In this document: positions 36,472-46,330 of the stretch, in pieces
Layout: each line of letters begins with the position of its first letter
Position numbering within the stretch: the stretch's first letter is position 1
Virus record (IMG/VR): IMGVR_UViG_3300036766_002289
Span: 62,001-126,000 of that record
Strand: one strand, 5' to 3'
DNA: 64,000 bases
Notes under the pieces: model-generated
Told to the model about the DNA's origin: nothing
Databases searched by the model: none
The model's input: only the letters and a program-made list of their open reading frames with translations
Translations under genes and position numbers: made by a program

Positions 36472-37500
36472 ATGCTTAAACAAGTCCTTGCAGTGGCTCA
36501 TTTTTCAACTCCTTTTGTAAGTGTATACCCCTGGAGTAATAATTTTTGGGGGAAAGTTGCCGATCCTTCGACTTTGCCACCTAATCTTGGCCACGGTGTT
36601 GCATTTAGTCCAGATGGTGCTTTTATTGCTGTGGCACATAGTACAACTCCTTTTGTAAGTGTATATCCTTGGACTGGACAATTTGGTGCTAAAGTTGCAG
36701 ACCCCACAACACTTCCTACTGGTTCTGCCAATAAGGTTGCTTGGAATCCTGCTGGCAATTATATTGCCGTTGCACATGGAACTTCCCCTAGTATAAGTGT
36801 TTATCCTTGGACGACGGCAGGATTTGGTGCTAAAGTTGCGGACCCTTCAACTTTGCCAAATGGTGATTGTTTTGGTCTCGCTTGGTCGCCTAAAGGTGAT
36901 TACATTGCCGTAGGGTTCAATAATAACTCTCCTTTTATAAGTGTGTATCCTTGGAGCAATGGATTTGGTGCTAAGTTTGCTAATCCTTCTGCACCGCTTG
37001 GTGGGACTGGAGAAGGTGTCGCATTTTCCCCAGATGGTAATTATATAGCTGTGGCTCAAGATAGCAGTCCTTATATAAATGCATATCCTTGGAGTAGTGC
37101 AGGATTTGGAAGTATAGTTACCGCACCCACCACTCTTCCTGGTTTACAAGCCTTCGCTGTAAGCTGGTCTCCAGATGGGGCTTATATAGGGGTAGGACAC
37201 GGTAATTCTCCGTTCGTAAGTGTTTACCCTTGGAGTGCTGGGTTTGGTGCCAGACTTGCTAATCCTAGTACATTGCCGCCTAATCAGGTTACAAATTTAG
37301 CATGGTCTCCAGATGGAGCTTATGTTGCTCTGGCACATGCAACTAATCCTGATGTAAGTGTATATCCTTGGAGTGCTGGATTTGGGTCTAAGCTAGCTGA
37401 CCCTTCTACTTTGCCAGTTGGAGGTGGTAATAGCGTTGCTTGGTTTAATCCAAATGTTATAAATCACCCAAAATCTTTATTTGGCACTAATATATTTTAG
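36472..37500 (+). CDS. beta-propeller paralog 4
   Basis: Same repeat. Confidence 0.85.
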   Translation: MLKQVLAVAHFSTPFVSVYPWSNNFWGKVADPSTLPPNLGHGVAFSPDGAFIAVAHSTTPFVSVYPWTGQFGAKVADPTTLPTGSANKVAWNPAGNYIAVAHGTSPSISVYPWTTAGFGAKVADPSTLPNGDCFGLAWSPKGDYIAVGFNNNSPFISVYPWSNGFGAKFANPSAPLGGTGEGVAFSPDGNYIAVAQDSSPYINAYPWSSAGFGSIVTAPTTLPGLQAFAVSWSPDGAYIGVGHGNSPFVSVYPWSAGFGARLANPSTLPPNQVTNLAWSPDGAYVALAHATNPDVSVYPWSAGFGSKLADPSTLPVGGGNSVAWFNPNVINHPKSLFGTNIF

Positions 37501-37506
37501 AGGAAT

Positions 37507-39842
37507 ATGTTAAAATTATCACTTGCAGTAGCACATACCACGACACCCTTTATAAGTGTATACCCTTGGAATGGCGGATTCTGGACGAAGAATGCTAATC
37601 CTAGTACATTACCTGCGGGTGATTGTGTCAATACTGCATGGTCTCCTAATGGTGCTTATGTAGCAGTCACAACTGGCACTTCTCCTTATATAGCTGTCTA
37701 TCCTTGGACAGGGCAGTTTGGTGCTAAATTTGCTGATCCACAGGTTTTACCTGCTGTTCCTGGTGATGTACAATGGTCTCCTAAAGGAGATTTTATTGCT
37801 GTAACTCACACTGTCGCTAATTACATACATGTTTATCCTTGGAACAGTTCTGGTTTTGGTGCGCCAGTAGCGGACCCAGCAACGCCACCTACTGCAAATA
37901 CCATAGGTGTTGCATGGCGTCCCCAAGGTGATTATATTGCTGTTGCCTATGGTGCATCACCTTGGTTAAATGTTTATTCTTGGAATAGTGCTAGTGGATT
38001 TGGTGCCAAAGTTGCTGATCCTAGTACATTGCCAACTGGTATTGGGAATTGTGTTACGTGGTCTCCTTTGGGAGATTATGTTGCCATAGGACATGCCACT
38101 TCCCCTAATATAAGTGTATATCCTTTTTCAAATGGTACATTAGGTGCTAAAATAGCTGACCCTAGTACATTACCTGGGAATACTTGTGTAGGGATACAAT
38201 GGTCTCCACTTGGTAATTTTATTGGTGTTGCTGTCATTGTTTCTCCTTTCGTAGTTGTATATCCTTGGAGTGCTGGATTTGGTGCCAAAGTAGCTGATCC
38301 TAGTACATTACCAGCCAGTACTGGCAGGGGATTATCGTGGTCTCCTGCACAAGATTACCTTGCAGTCGCTCATGATAGTACGCCATTTATAAGTGTATAT
38401 CCGTGGACTGGCACTTTTGGTTCTAAGTTGGCCAACCCTGGAGTATTGCCAGCTAGTGATGGTAAGGACGTTGCGTGGCTTAATGTTCCACAAGTATCCA
38501 AAACAAAGACTTTATTTAATCCGTTTAATCCTAAATCCATATCTGGTTTGGTTTCTTGGCATGATGCTAGTGTTCAGTCATCCCTTTGGCAGAATAGTAC
38601 CAGAACTACGCCTGTAACATCTAATAACGATCCAATTGGTGGCTGGGATGATTTAAGTGGTAATGGATATCACATTATTCAGTCTACGAATGGCAGTAGG
38701 CCACTTTACAAAACTAGTATGCTTAATAACTTGCCAGTGATCCGTGCGGACGGTGTTGACGATTACTTAACTAATGCATCATACACTAATGGCACTACTT
38801 GGTCTATTTTTGTGGTTTGTAGAAGGCTTACCAATAATGTTAATTGTAGATTTCTATGTATTTCTCTAAATGCATCCCCAGGTGGTTCCACTAGTATTAA
38901 TTTATTCAACGACACTACTGGAGTTTTTGGTTATTATGGTGATAACGTGGCTGGTGCCCCTGTATTTTCTCCAGGCAATGATACAATATTTTCTCTTGCA
39001 GAACTTTTATTAACTGGTGGTGGCACGGGAAACGCATATTACAATGGTAATTTGGCAGGCACTTGGACGATGCCAACTCTGTTTTGTCAGCTGCGAATAG
39101 AATCAAAGTAGAAAACTATTTAATGAAAAAATGGAGTCCATTTACATTTACTCCAAATCTAATTCCTGGTTTGTCAGCGTGGTATGATTCAACAAAATTA
39201 ACTTCATTATGGCAAAATAGTACTAGAACAACATCTGTGAAAGTAGATGGTGATTTAGTTGGTGCTTGGGATGATTTGAGTGGGAACGGCAATCATGTTA
39301 TACAATCTGTTAATATAAATAGACCGACATATAAAACTGCTATACAAAATGGCAATCCAATTGTTCGTTTTACTTTTGCAAACGGGACGTTCTTGGCCAA
39401 GACATATGGCACTCTTTTAAGTCAACCAAGTACAATTTTTTGGGCTGGATCATTTGGAAGTCATATAAACACTTTCATTTATGATGGTGTGGATGCAACT
39501 AATAGAAATGTTTTGTGTCATGGACCAAGTGGTAGTGCTGTAAATTTTGGAGCTTTTGCTGGTGTGTCCTTGGAAGCTGCACACGCCATACCAATTGCGG
39601 CAGGGGTATGGTCTGTCGTATTTAATGGTGGTTCAAGTCAGATATGGCAGGATGGAGCTTCATTTACTTCTGGTAATGCGGGGGCGGCAGCAATGGGTGG
39701 TCTAACGATGGGAGCCGCATATACTGGTGGGGCCAATGCTGATGAAGATACTTTTGAATTGATTATATACAACAGGTTGTTAACCACGGATGAGCGACAG
39801 CAGGTGGAAAGGTATCTAAAACTTAAATGGGGAACTCCATAA
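37507..39842 (+). CDS. beta-propeller paralog 5 fused to two LamG/ConA-like lectin domains; frameshift or deletion at ~39074-39078
   Basis: GLVSWHDAS..WDDLSGNG and GLSAWYDS..WDDLSGNG..IIYNRLLT..VERYL; split across ORFs 37507..39111 and 39063..39842. Confidence 0.7.
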
Positions 39843-39881
39843 AATTTAAATAATTTTTTTTAGAACTTACTATATCAATTT

Positions 39882-40535
39882 ATGCCAGCATCATGGGAAA
39901 TAGCTAATCAACAAAGAGTGCTTGTAGTGATCTTAACAAGAGAAACAACCAGCACAGCCTGGGCATCTGGATTTCGTAATCTTCGCATACCAGGAACACA
40001 CGTATTCCTTACGGGAATGCCATTCGATCATGCCAGAAACGTAGGGTGCCAAAAGCTCCTTGAATTTGGCTGGGAATGGTTATTCTTCTTGGATGACGAT
40101 GTGATTGCACCGTCAGACGCTATTGAAAAATTGGTGAGTCGTAACTTACCAATTATTAGTGGTTTATATTACAGAAGAAGTCCACCAATTGCTCCAGTAA
40201 TGCTGAGAGAAAATAAAGAAGGTAGAACCTGGGTAACTGAATTTAAAGTACCAGATTTAATGCCTGTCGATTATGTTGGGGCTGGTTGTTTACTCATACA
40301 TAGAGACGTTATAAGGTCATTGCCCCCATTAAGTTCAAAATGTCATTGGTTTGAGTGGCGTGTAGACCGAGTTGATCTTCCAGCAAATCAACGTATGTCA
40401 GAGGACTTTGCTTTTTGTCAACATGCTAGAAGTCATGGTTATAAGATAATAATGGACACAAGCGTACAGTGTCGTCACGCGGGACTTGGTGAAAGTAGAA
40501 TCGGTGGTCAATTTATTCCTTTGGAGTTGGTATGA
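39882..40535 (+). CDS. GT-A (GT2-like) glycosyltransferase
   Basis: DHARN..LFFLDDD..GAGCLLIHR..SEDFAFC..H. Confidence 0.88.
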   Translation: MPASWEIANQQRVLVVILTRETTSTAWASGFRNLRIPGTHVFLTGMPFDHARNVGCQKLLEFGWEWLFFLDDDVIAPSDAIEKLVSRNLPIISGLYYRRSPPIAPVMLRENKEGRTWVTEFKVPDLMPVDYVGAGCLLIHRDVIRSLPPLSSKCHWFEWRVDRVDLPANQRMSEDFAFCQHARSHGYKIIMDTSVQCRHAGLGESRIGGQFIPLELV

Positions 40536-41557
40536 AAATATGTGTAATTTCTACAACTGTTCTTGTTTGTCCACCTCCTGGATATGCAGGACTTGAACAA
40601 CTTGCATGGTTACAAGCAAAAGGTCTAGCCGCCAAAGGCCATAAGGTGACATTAATTGCGCCAAAAGGCTCAACGGCACCACCTAATGTAGAAATGCATG
40701 AAACAACATTAGGAGAAGAAGAAAAACAAGCTTATAGTGGCTATTGGCAAAAGTTGTCTGGATTTAATTGTATCATTGATAACTCCTGGCAGAAATGGAG
40801 TTATATGTTAAAGATGGAAGGCAAACTAAAAGCACCTATTTTAGGCGTAGTACATGCTCCGATCAATACTATGTATAGTGCAGCACCGCCCAACATAGAG
40901 TCTCCTTGTTTTGTTGCTATAAGTAAAGATCAGGCAAAGCATATTAAGGAACATTTGAAGTGCGATTCGAGAGTTGCCTATAATGGTGTTGATGTTGATT
41001 TTTATAAGCCAGATGGGACAGCCAGGAATAATAGATACTTGTTTTTAGCCAGAATGAGCAGTATAAAAGGTCCAGATATTGCTATAAATTCAGCTAAAAA
41101 ATGTAGAGTAGCACTAGATTTAGTAGGGGACGATACAATAACTGGAGAACCAGATTTTTGTAACTTTTTAAGACAACAATGTGCGTTAACTCCTGGTTTA
41201 AGATATATTGGACCACAAAGTAGAGATGACTGTGTTATGTGGTTTAACATGAATAAGGCATTACTACATCCTAATAAGATATTTAGAGAACCATTTGGGC
41301 TTGCTCCTGTAGAAGCTCAGTTGTGTGGAATGCCTGTAATAGCTTGGGATAACGGGGCAATGAGAGAAACAATCAAGAATAAGGAAACTGGATTTTTGGT
41401 TAAATCCGAAGAAGAGTTTGATGAATTAATTAGAACCAACGCGGTTAAATCAATTAATGCAAAAAGATGCCGCGAATGGGCAAGTCAGTTCTCGTATGAG
41501 AATATGATTGATAAGTATGATGAACTTTGTAAAGAAGCAATTGAGGAAGGATGGTAA
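40532..41557 (+). CDS. GT4 glycosyltransferase
   Basis: PPPGYAGLE..YNGVD..KGPD..EPFGLAPVEAQLCG. Confidence 0.92.
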   Translation: MKICVISTTVLVCPPPGYAGLEQLAWLQAKGLAAKGHKVTLIAPKGSTAPPNVEMHETTLGEEEKQAYSGYWQKLSGFNCIIDNSWQKWSYMLKMEGKLKAPILGVVHAPINTMYSAAPPNIESPCFVAISKDQAKHIKEHLKCDSRVAYNGVDVDFYKPDGTARNNRYLFLARMSSIKGPDIAINSAKKCRVALDLVGDDTITGEPDFCNFLRQQCALTPGLRYIGPQSRDDCVMWFNMNKALLHPNKIFREPFGLAPVEAQLCGMPVIAWDNGAMRETIKNKETGFLVKSEEEFDELIRTNAVKSINAKRCREWASQFSYENMIDKYDELCKEAIEEGW

Positions 41558-41560
41558 ATT

Positions 41561-41992
41561 ATGACAAAGACTAAGGCTAAGAAGTCACCAAAAGCTACTA
41601 AGGTTGCCAAGGTGAAGAAGGTTGTATATGCATTCGACGTGGATGATACCTTGGAGGTATCAAAGGGTCCAATCAAGATGCAACAATTGATGGATTTAAG
41701 AGTTGATGGACATATTGTCGGATTATGTGGCAATGTTATTCCTGTATTATCTGTGGATGGATGGGAACACCTTATTTCCTTCTTTAACGTAGGTATGCCT
41801 AAAGATGCTTATCTCAATGAAGTAAAGAGATTCGTCAGGGCCGATGACTATGTGTTTGTAGGAAATGTTGGCCCAATTGATAGTGCCTATTTGAAGGTAC
41901 CACAAACTGGTGCCTCCGATGACATGGGCGCTGCAATGCGTTCAAGTTGGAGATTTATCACTGAAGCAGATTTCGCCAATGGAACTCGATAA
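41561..41992 (+). CDS. HAD-like phosphatase
   Basis: AFDVDDTL..FVGN..DD. Confidence 0.7.
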   Translation: MTKTKAKKSPKATKVAKVKKVVYAFDVDDTLEVSKGPIKMQQLMDLRVDGHIVGLCGNVIPVLSVDGWEHLISFFNVGMPKDAYLNEVKRFVRADDYVFVGNVGPIDSAYLKVPQTGASDDMGAAMRSSWRFITEADFANGTR

Positions 41993-41994
41993 TT

Positions 41995-43017
41995 ATGAAA
42001 AAGTTATTGTATGTGACCTCAGATAAAATTGGGGAAGAAACTGGTGCAGGTGCGGTTACACAAAACGAGTTGGATAGTCTAAAAAAACTCGGTGCGACTG
42101 ATGTTTTAAACCCTGCACCCCAACAAGACCCCTTTGAAAGCGATGAGATTGCTTTAAATCAGTGTGAAGGTGCGTATAAATTAGCGCACTTTTACGCTGG
42201 AACTTATTCCAAACTTATCAGCTTTCTAAAGAGTAAAGGTACCAAAATTACCTATACTGCCGCTGCACATGATGTAAAAGTAAGCAAAGAAGATCATGAG
42301 AAATTTGGACAGATTTTTGATTATCCACACTTAACCGATCCAGATTTATGGAAGAGATATTTGGAAGGATACAAGAGTGCAGATGTAATCATTTGTCCGT
42401 CTACGCACAGCAAAGAAGTCATGGAAAGCTATGGATGCAAGAAGGTTAAGGTGATACCACATGGATGTTACGTGTCACCTGCTTTTGAGCCTATTCCTAA
42501 AGTGTTTAGGGTTGGATACTTAGGTGCGGTTGGATTTGATAAAGGTCTTGTTTATCTTTTACAAGCTTGGGCTAAGTTGAATTATAATAACACTTATCTT
42601 ACATTGGCGGGCAGACATACTCCAAGTATCATGCATTTAGTTCGTCAATATGGTGGTGGCTCAATTTATCTTGCAGGATGGTTGAAGTCGGCTTCAAATT
42701 TATACAATTCGTGTTCAGTGTATGTCCAACCAAGTGTTTCAGAAGGTTTTGGGTGTGAGGTAATTGAGGCAATGGCTCATGGACGCCCTGTTATTTGCTC
42801 AGATGGAGCAGGTGCGGTAGATTGTGTGACCCACGAAAAAGATGGTATCATTGTGCCTAAAAGGAATGTCAAGGCGATTGCTGATGCTATTGACTTCTAT
42901 AAAAAGAATCCTGATACGCTTTATGAACATGGTAAAAATGCCAGAGAGAAGGCTAAGCAATATTCTTGGGATTTAATAAGAGAAAAATATTATAAATTGT
43001 GGAAGGATATGGTATGA
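41995..43017 (+). CDS. GT4 glycosyltransferase
   Basis: KGLVYLL..PSVSEGFGCEVIEAMAHGRPVI. Confidence 0.92.
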   Translation: MKKLLYVTSDKIGEETGAGAVTQNELDSLKKLGATDVLNPAPQQDPFESDEIALNQCEGAYKLAHFYAGTYSKLISFLKSKGTKITYTAAAHDVKVSKEDHEKFGQIFDYPHLTDPDLWKRYLEGYKSADVIICPSTHSKEVMESYGCKKVKVIPHGCYVSPAFEPIPKVFRVGYLGAVGFDKGLVYLLQAWAKLNYNNTYLTLAGRHTPSIMHLVRQYGGGSIYLAGWLKSASNLYNSCSVYVQPSVSEGFGCEVIEAMAHGRPVICSDGAGAVDCVTHEKDGIIVPKRNVKAIADAIDFYKKNPDTLYEHGKNAREKAKQYSWDLIREKYYKLWKDMV

Positions 43018-43646
43018 GCTACGATAAAGTAAAATACCAAGCTGAGTACAGAGAGAAAAACAAAGAAAGACTTAACAACTACGACAAAATTCGTAATTCA
43101 ACTGATGAACGTAAGTTGAAGAAAAGTCTAAATCATAAAAAATACTATGCTCTAAACAGAGAAAAAGTAATCGAGCGAACTAGAGAGTACAAAAAAACAC
43201 ATCCTGAATTAAAAATTTTTATTGGGGCTTGGAGAAAAGAATTAAATCAAATTTGGGGTGTTGGCCAAAAAGTAGCATCCCAAGAAGTTGGGTTTAAAGC
43301 TGAAGCAATTATTGCTGCACTGCTTCCGAGCGAAGGTTATCAAGATGTTTATTATGTTGCAGACGACAAGCATTATGCCAATTTTCCAATTGATGTTTTT
43401 GCCAAGAAAGATGGTTTTATACACGCATTCCAAGTAACAACATATCCAAAACGAAAAATTACTTCTAGATTAAGAGATTTAGTCTCATATATGGGTTGGA
43501 TTTTGCATATTACTTTTGTAAGACCTAATTTAAGAGACTATTATGATATAGTAGTCTCATCTGATAGAAAAAACGTCGCTGTGCCAATTGATATTGTAAT
43601 GAAAGAAGGGAGATTGATTCCAAATGAGTTACAACTTACCATTTAG
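43014..43646 (+). CDS. putative free-standing endonuclease (PD-(D/E)XK-like) with basic helical N-terminus
   Basis: YREKNKERL repeats; E..PIDVFAKK..AFQV. Confidence 0.5.
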   Translation: MSYDKVKYQAEYREKNKERLNNYDKIRNSTDERKLKKSLNHKKYYALNREKVIERTREYKKTHPELKIFIGAWRKELNQIWGVGQKVASQEVGFKAEAIIAALLPSEGYQDVYYVADDKHYANFPIDVFAKKDGFIHAFQVTTYPKRKITSRLRDLVSYMGWILHITFVRPNLRDYYDIVVSSDRKNVAVPIDIVMKEGRLIPNELQLTI

Positions 43647-45249
43647 TGAAGGTCAAAAAATAATTGAGTTGGGCGGGGGTCAATTCCCTCGTTTTCGGCC
43701 CAATGTGGACATACGCAAAGAAGATACAGTCGATCTTGTTGCTGACTTCGATGACCCACTTCCGCTGAACCCAAATGAATGGCATGGTGTATTTTGCAGT
43801 TACGTTTTAGAGCATATTTCTTATCGTAAAATTAAACAATTTATCACAGAAGTCCACAGAATCCTTAAGCCAGGCGGCATTGCCGTATTTATTACTGCAA
43901 ACACAGAAGCTCAGATGGAATGGGTTCTGGGACAAAAAGATTGGGACGACCGAGCCTCTTCAATTCTTTATGGCGACCAAGACTATAAAGACAATACACA
44001 CAAGAACACACTTTCACCGAAATATGTTTTTAAACTGCTTCAGGAATTAGGATATAAAGATATCTTTGTCATGCCTTGGGGTGAATTAGGCACCGACATG
44101 ATAATTGAAGCTAAAAAAGAAGTTACAGAAAGAAAAAACTTATTCGATAAGCATTATTTCAATGGTGGTAAAAAAGTCGGCGGTTATGCCAGAGAAGGTT
44201 ATTGGGACTACCCCGTCCATAATGTGACTTTTGATAAAGTAATGGAGCTAAAGCCTAAATCTGTACTGGAAATTGGCTCATCGAGAGGGTATATCCTCAA
44301 GAGAATTCAGGACACAGGTATCCCTGTTCTTGGTTTAGAAATATCTAAGCACTGTTATCTTACTAGAGCAATTAAAGAAATAGTTGAATGGGATTTGTGT
44401 AAGTTTCCGTGGCCAGTCAAAGACAAGGCATTCGACCTAGCTATAAGCTGTGCAGTATTAGAACATATACCAGAGGAACATCTGCCAAGCTTGATTAAGG
44501 AATTAAGTAGAGTAAGCAAGCGTGGTCTTCATGGTGTCGATTTTGGCGAACATGATGATGGTTTTGATAAGACTCATTGTACACTTAAAAAGAGAACTTG
44601 GTGGGAAGAAAAAATGCCTGCCAAACAAGAAGTTATTAATAAGGAAGAATTAGAACAGGGTTCATTATTGAGACATATTCCTGCTGGGGACGATAAGTTG
44701 AAGCTTAATATTGGTTCATTTATAAATCAATTCCACTATGGTTGGTTGAACATGGATATTATTGACCTTAATCAATTTGCAAGGCAAAATTACTATAAGT
44801 TCTTCGCAAGAGATGTTAGAGAAGGACTACCATTTGCAAATAAGTCTGTTGACCTAATGTATTCAAGTCATTTCATCGAACACTTAACATACGCTGAAGC
44901 CAAGGCATTTATTAATGAGTGCAAGAGAGTGATGAAGGAAAATGGGACTGTAAGATTGCTCATTCCAGACCTTGAATTATTGTTTAATAAGTACAAGAGC
45001 AATGAATTAGGCATGTTTGATGAAATCAACGATGATTCGGCATCTTTCAGTACTCAGGCGAGCAAATTGTGGACATTGTTGTTCTCAGGGCATAAGGCCG
45101 CGTTTGATTTCAATACAATCAAAGAAATGGGCACTGAGGCTGGATTTAAAGTAGAGAAAAAGTCATTTAGAGAAGGTCATCCACAAATTATTAAAGAAAC
45201 AATTGATATGCTTCCAGACTTAAGCTTGTTTGTGGAACTCTCTCAGTGA
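43624..45249 (+). CDS. triple-domain SAM-dependent methyltransferase
   Basis: IELGGG..VLEH; LEIGSSRG..VLEH; LNIGS..HFIEH. Confidence 0.85.
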   Translation: MSYNLPFSEGQKIIELGGGQFPRFRPNVDIRKEDTVDLVADFDDPLPLNPNEWHGVFCSYVLEHISYRKIKQFITEVHRILKPGGIAVFITANTEAQMEWVLGQKDWDDRASSILYGDQDYKDNTHKNTLSPKYVFKLLQELGYKDIFVMPWGELGTDMIIEAKKEVTERKNLFDKHYFNGGKKVGGYAREGYWDYPVHNVTFDKVMELKPKSVLEIGSSRGYILKRIQDTGIPVLGLEISKHCYLTRAIKEIVEWDLCKFPWPVKDKAFDLAISCAVLEHIPEEHLPSLIKELSRVSKRGLHGVDFGEHDDGFDKTHCTLKKRTWWEEKMPAKQEVINKEELEQGSLLRHIPAGDDKLKLNIGSFINQFHYGWLNMDIIDLNQFARQNYYKFFARDVREGLPFANKSVDLMYSSHFIEHLTYAEAKAFINECKRVMKENGTVRLLIPDLELLFNKYKSNELGMFDEINDDSASFSTQASKLWTLLFSGHKAAFDFNTIKEMGTEAGFKVEKKSFREGHPQIIKETIDMLPDLSLFVELSQ

Positions 45250-46308
45250 GTTTTTTGCTAGGCTCCAATCACCATTTAGACGCATAATACGTGTTTTGGG
45301 GTACCAATAGGTCGTTTCATCGTCAATTCCCCAACGCCAATCGTGTTGTTTGCCCAATAATAGAATAGTTGGTATCCCCATCGCCCCAGCAATATGTGCA
45401 ACTGCCGTATCTACTGATACTACTACATCCATTTCGCTAATTAGATTGGCGGTTTCTTGAAGTGTTGAGAAATTGTATGATACGATATCATCTTTAACAT
45501 CTTTTGTAAGATTGTATAATACTCTATCTTCGTTCTTTAATTCCAATAAGTGCTTAACATCACATGAACGATGTTTATTATTTTTGTATGTTGGGTTCCC
45601 TTTCCAGCATACGCCAATTTTCAGTTTGTCAGTTTGTTGGGGAAATTTTCTAATTTTAAGACCTGGGCTGTTGATTTCTCTGGAGAAAATATAAGGTTTG
45701 TTTGGAATTTTGTCCTTAGTAATCTTGAATTTATAAGGCAAACTTCCAATAGACACAGCACAATCAAAGTCAAAAGAAGGAATCGGTGGTTGTTTACCTC
45801 TTGTAACGATGATATCGCAGTATTGCTCAGTGAATAAGCCATTCATTTCTTCGGCACATTCGACTATGATCTTTTTGAAGAACTTCTTAAGCATAGGTAG
45901 GAATCGCATATATTGCACCATGTCGCCTATGCCTTGTTCATTGTAAACATAGATAGTATTGCCTTTCTTTTTACCATCCCAATGGTTCCTGAAGCGGTCA
46001 TGATACATGGAGAATGTATCATTTACTTTGAAACGACATTCGAATTCTCTGAAGAAGTTTGGTAGGTCGTGTTTAATGCCGTAGCAGGTTGCTAGGTTAT
46101 AATGGGCTAATGGAAAATCTAATTTCTTGTAATGAGAGATTGCTTCGTCTATTTTGCGTAAATTGTAGCAACAAATACCAAGATAGAAATCTACTCTTTG
46201 TGTGGTTTTCTCTGACGGACAATCTTTCAGAAGACCATATACGGATTGGTAGTCTTCTTCGTTAATTAAAATTTCGCATTGATTGCAGGTTTCAAACCAA
46301 CTACTCAT
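45220..46308 (-). CDS. TPR + GT9-like glycosyltransferase
   Basis: TPR helices; EQGIGDMVQYMRF; IGVCWKGNP; VVSVDTAVAHIAGAMG..WRW. Confidence 0.88.
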   Translation of the reverse strand: MSSWFETCNQCEILINEEDYQSVYGLLKDCPSEKTTQRVDFYLGICCYNLRKIDEAISHYKKLDFPLAHYNLATCYGIKHDLPNFFREFECRFKVNDTFSMYHDRFRNHWDGKKKGNTIYVYNEQGIGDMVQYMRFLPMLKKFFKKIIVECAEEMNGLFTEQYCDIIVTRGKQPPIPSFDFDCAVSIGSLPYKFKITKDKIPNKPYIFSREINSPGLKIRKFPQQTDKLKIGVCWKGNPTYKNNKHRSCDVKHLLELKNEDRVLYNLTKDVKDDIVSYNFSTLQETANLISEMDVVVSVDTAVAHIAGAMGIPTILLLGKQHDWRWGIDDETTYWYPKTRIMRLNGDWSLAKNSLREFHKQA

Positions 46309-46330
46309 TGAATCACCTATATATACTAGT

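Noticed and set aside
21737-38288. Many antisense ORFs (MFPLTIAP.., MYTLACKP..)
   Set aside because: Shadows of the repetitive plus-strand fibre and propeller genes.
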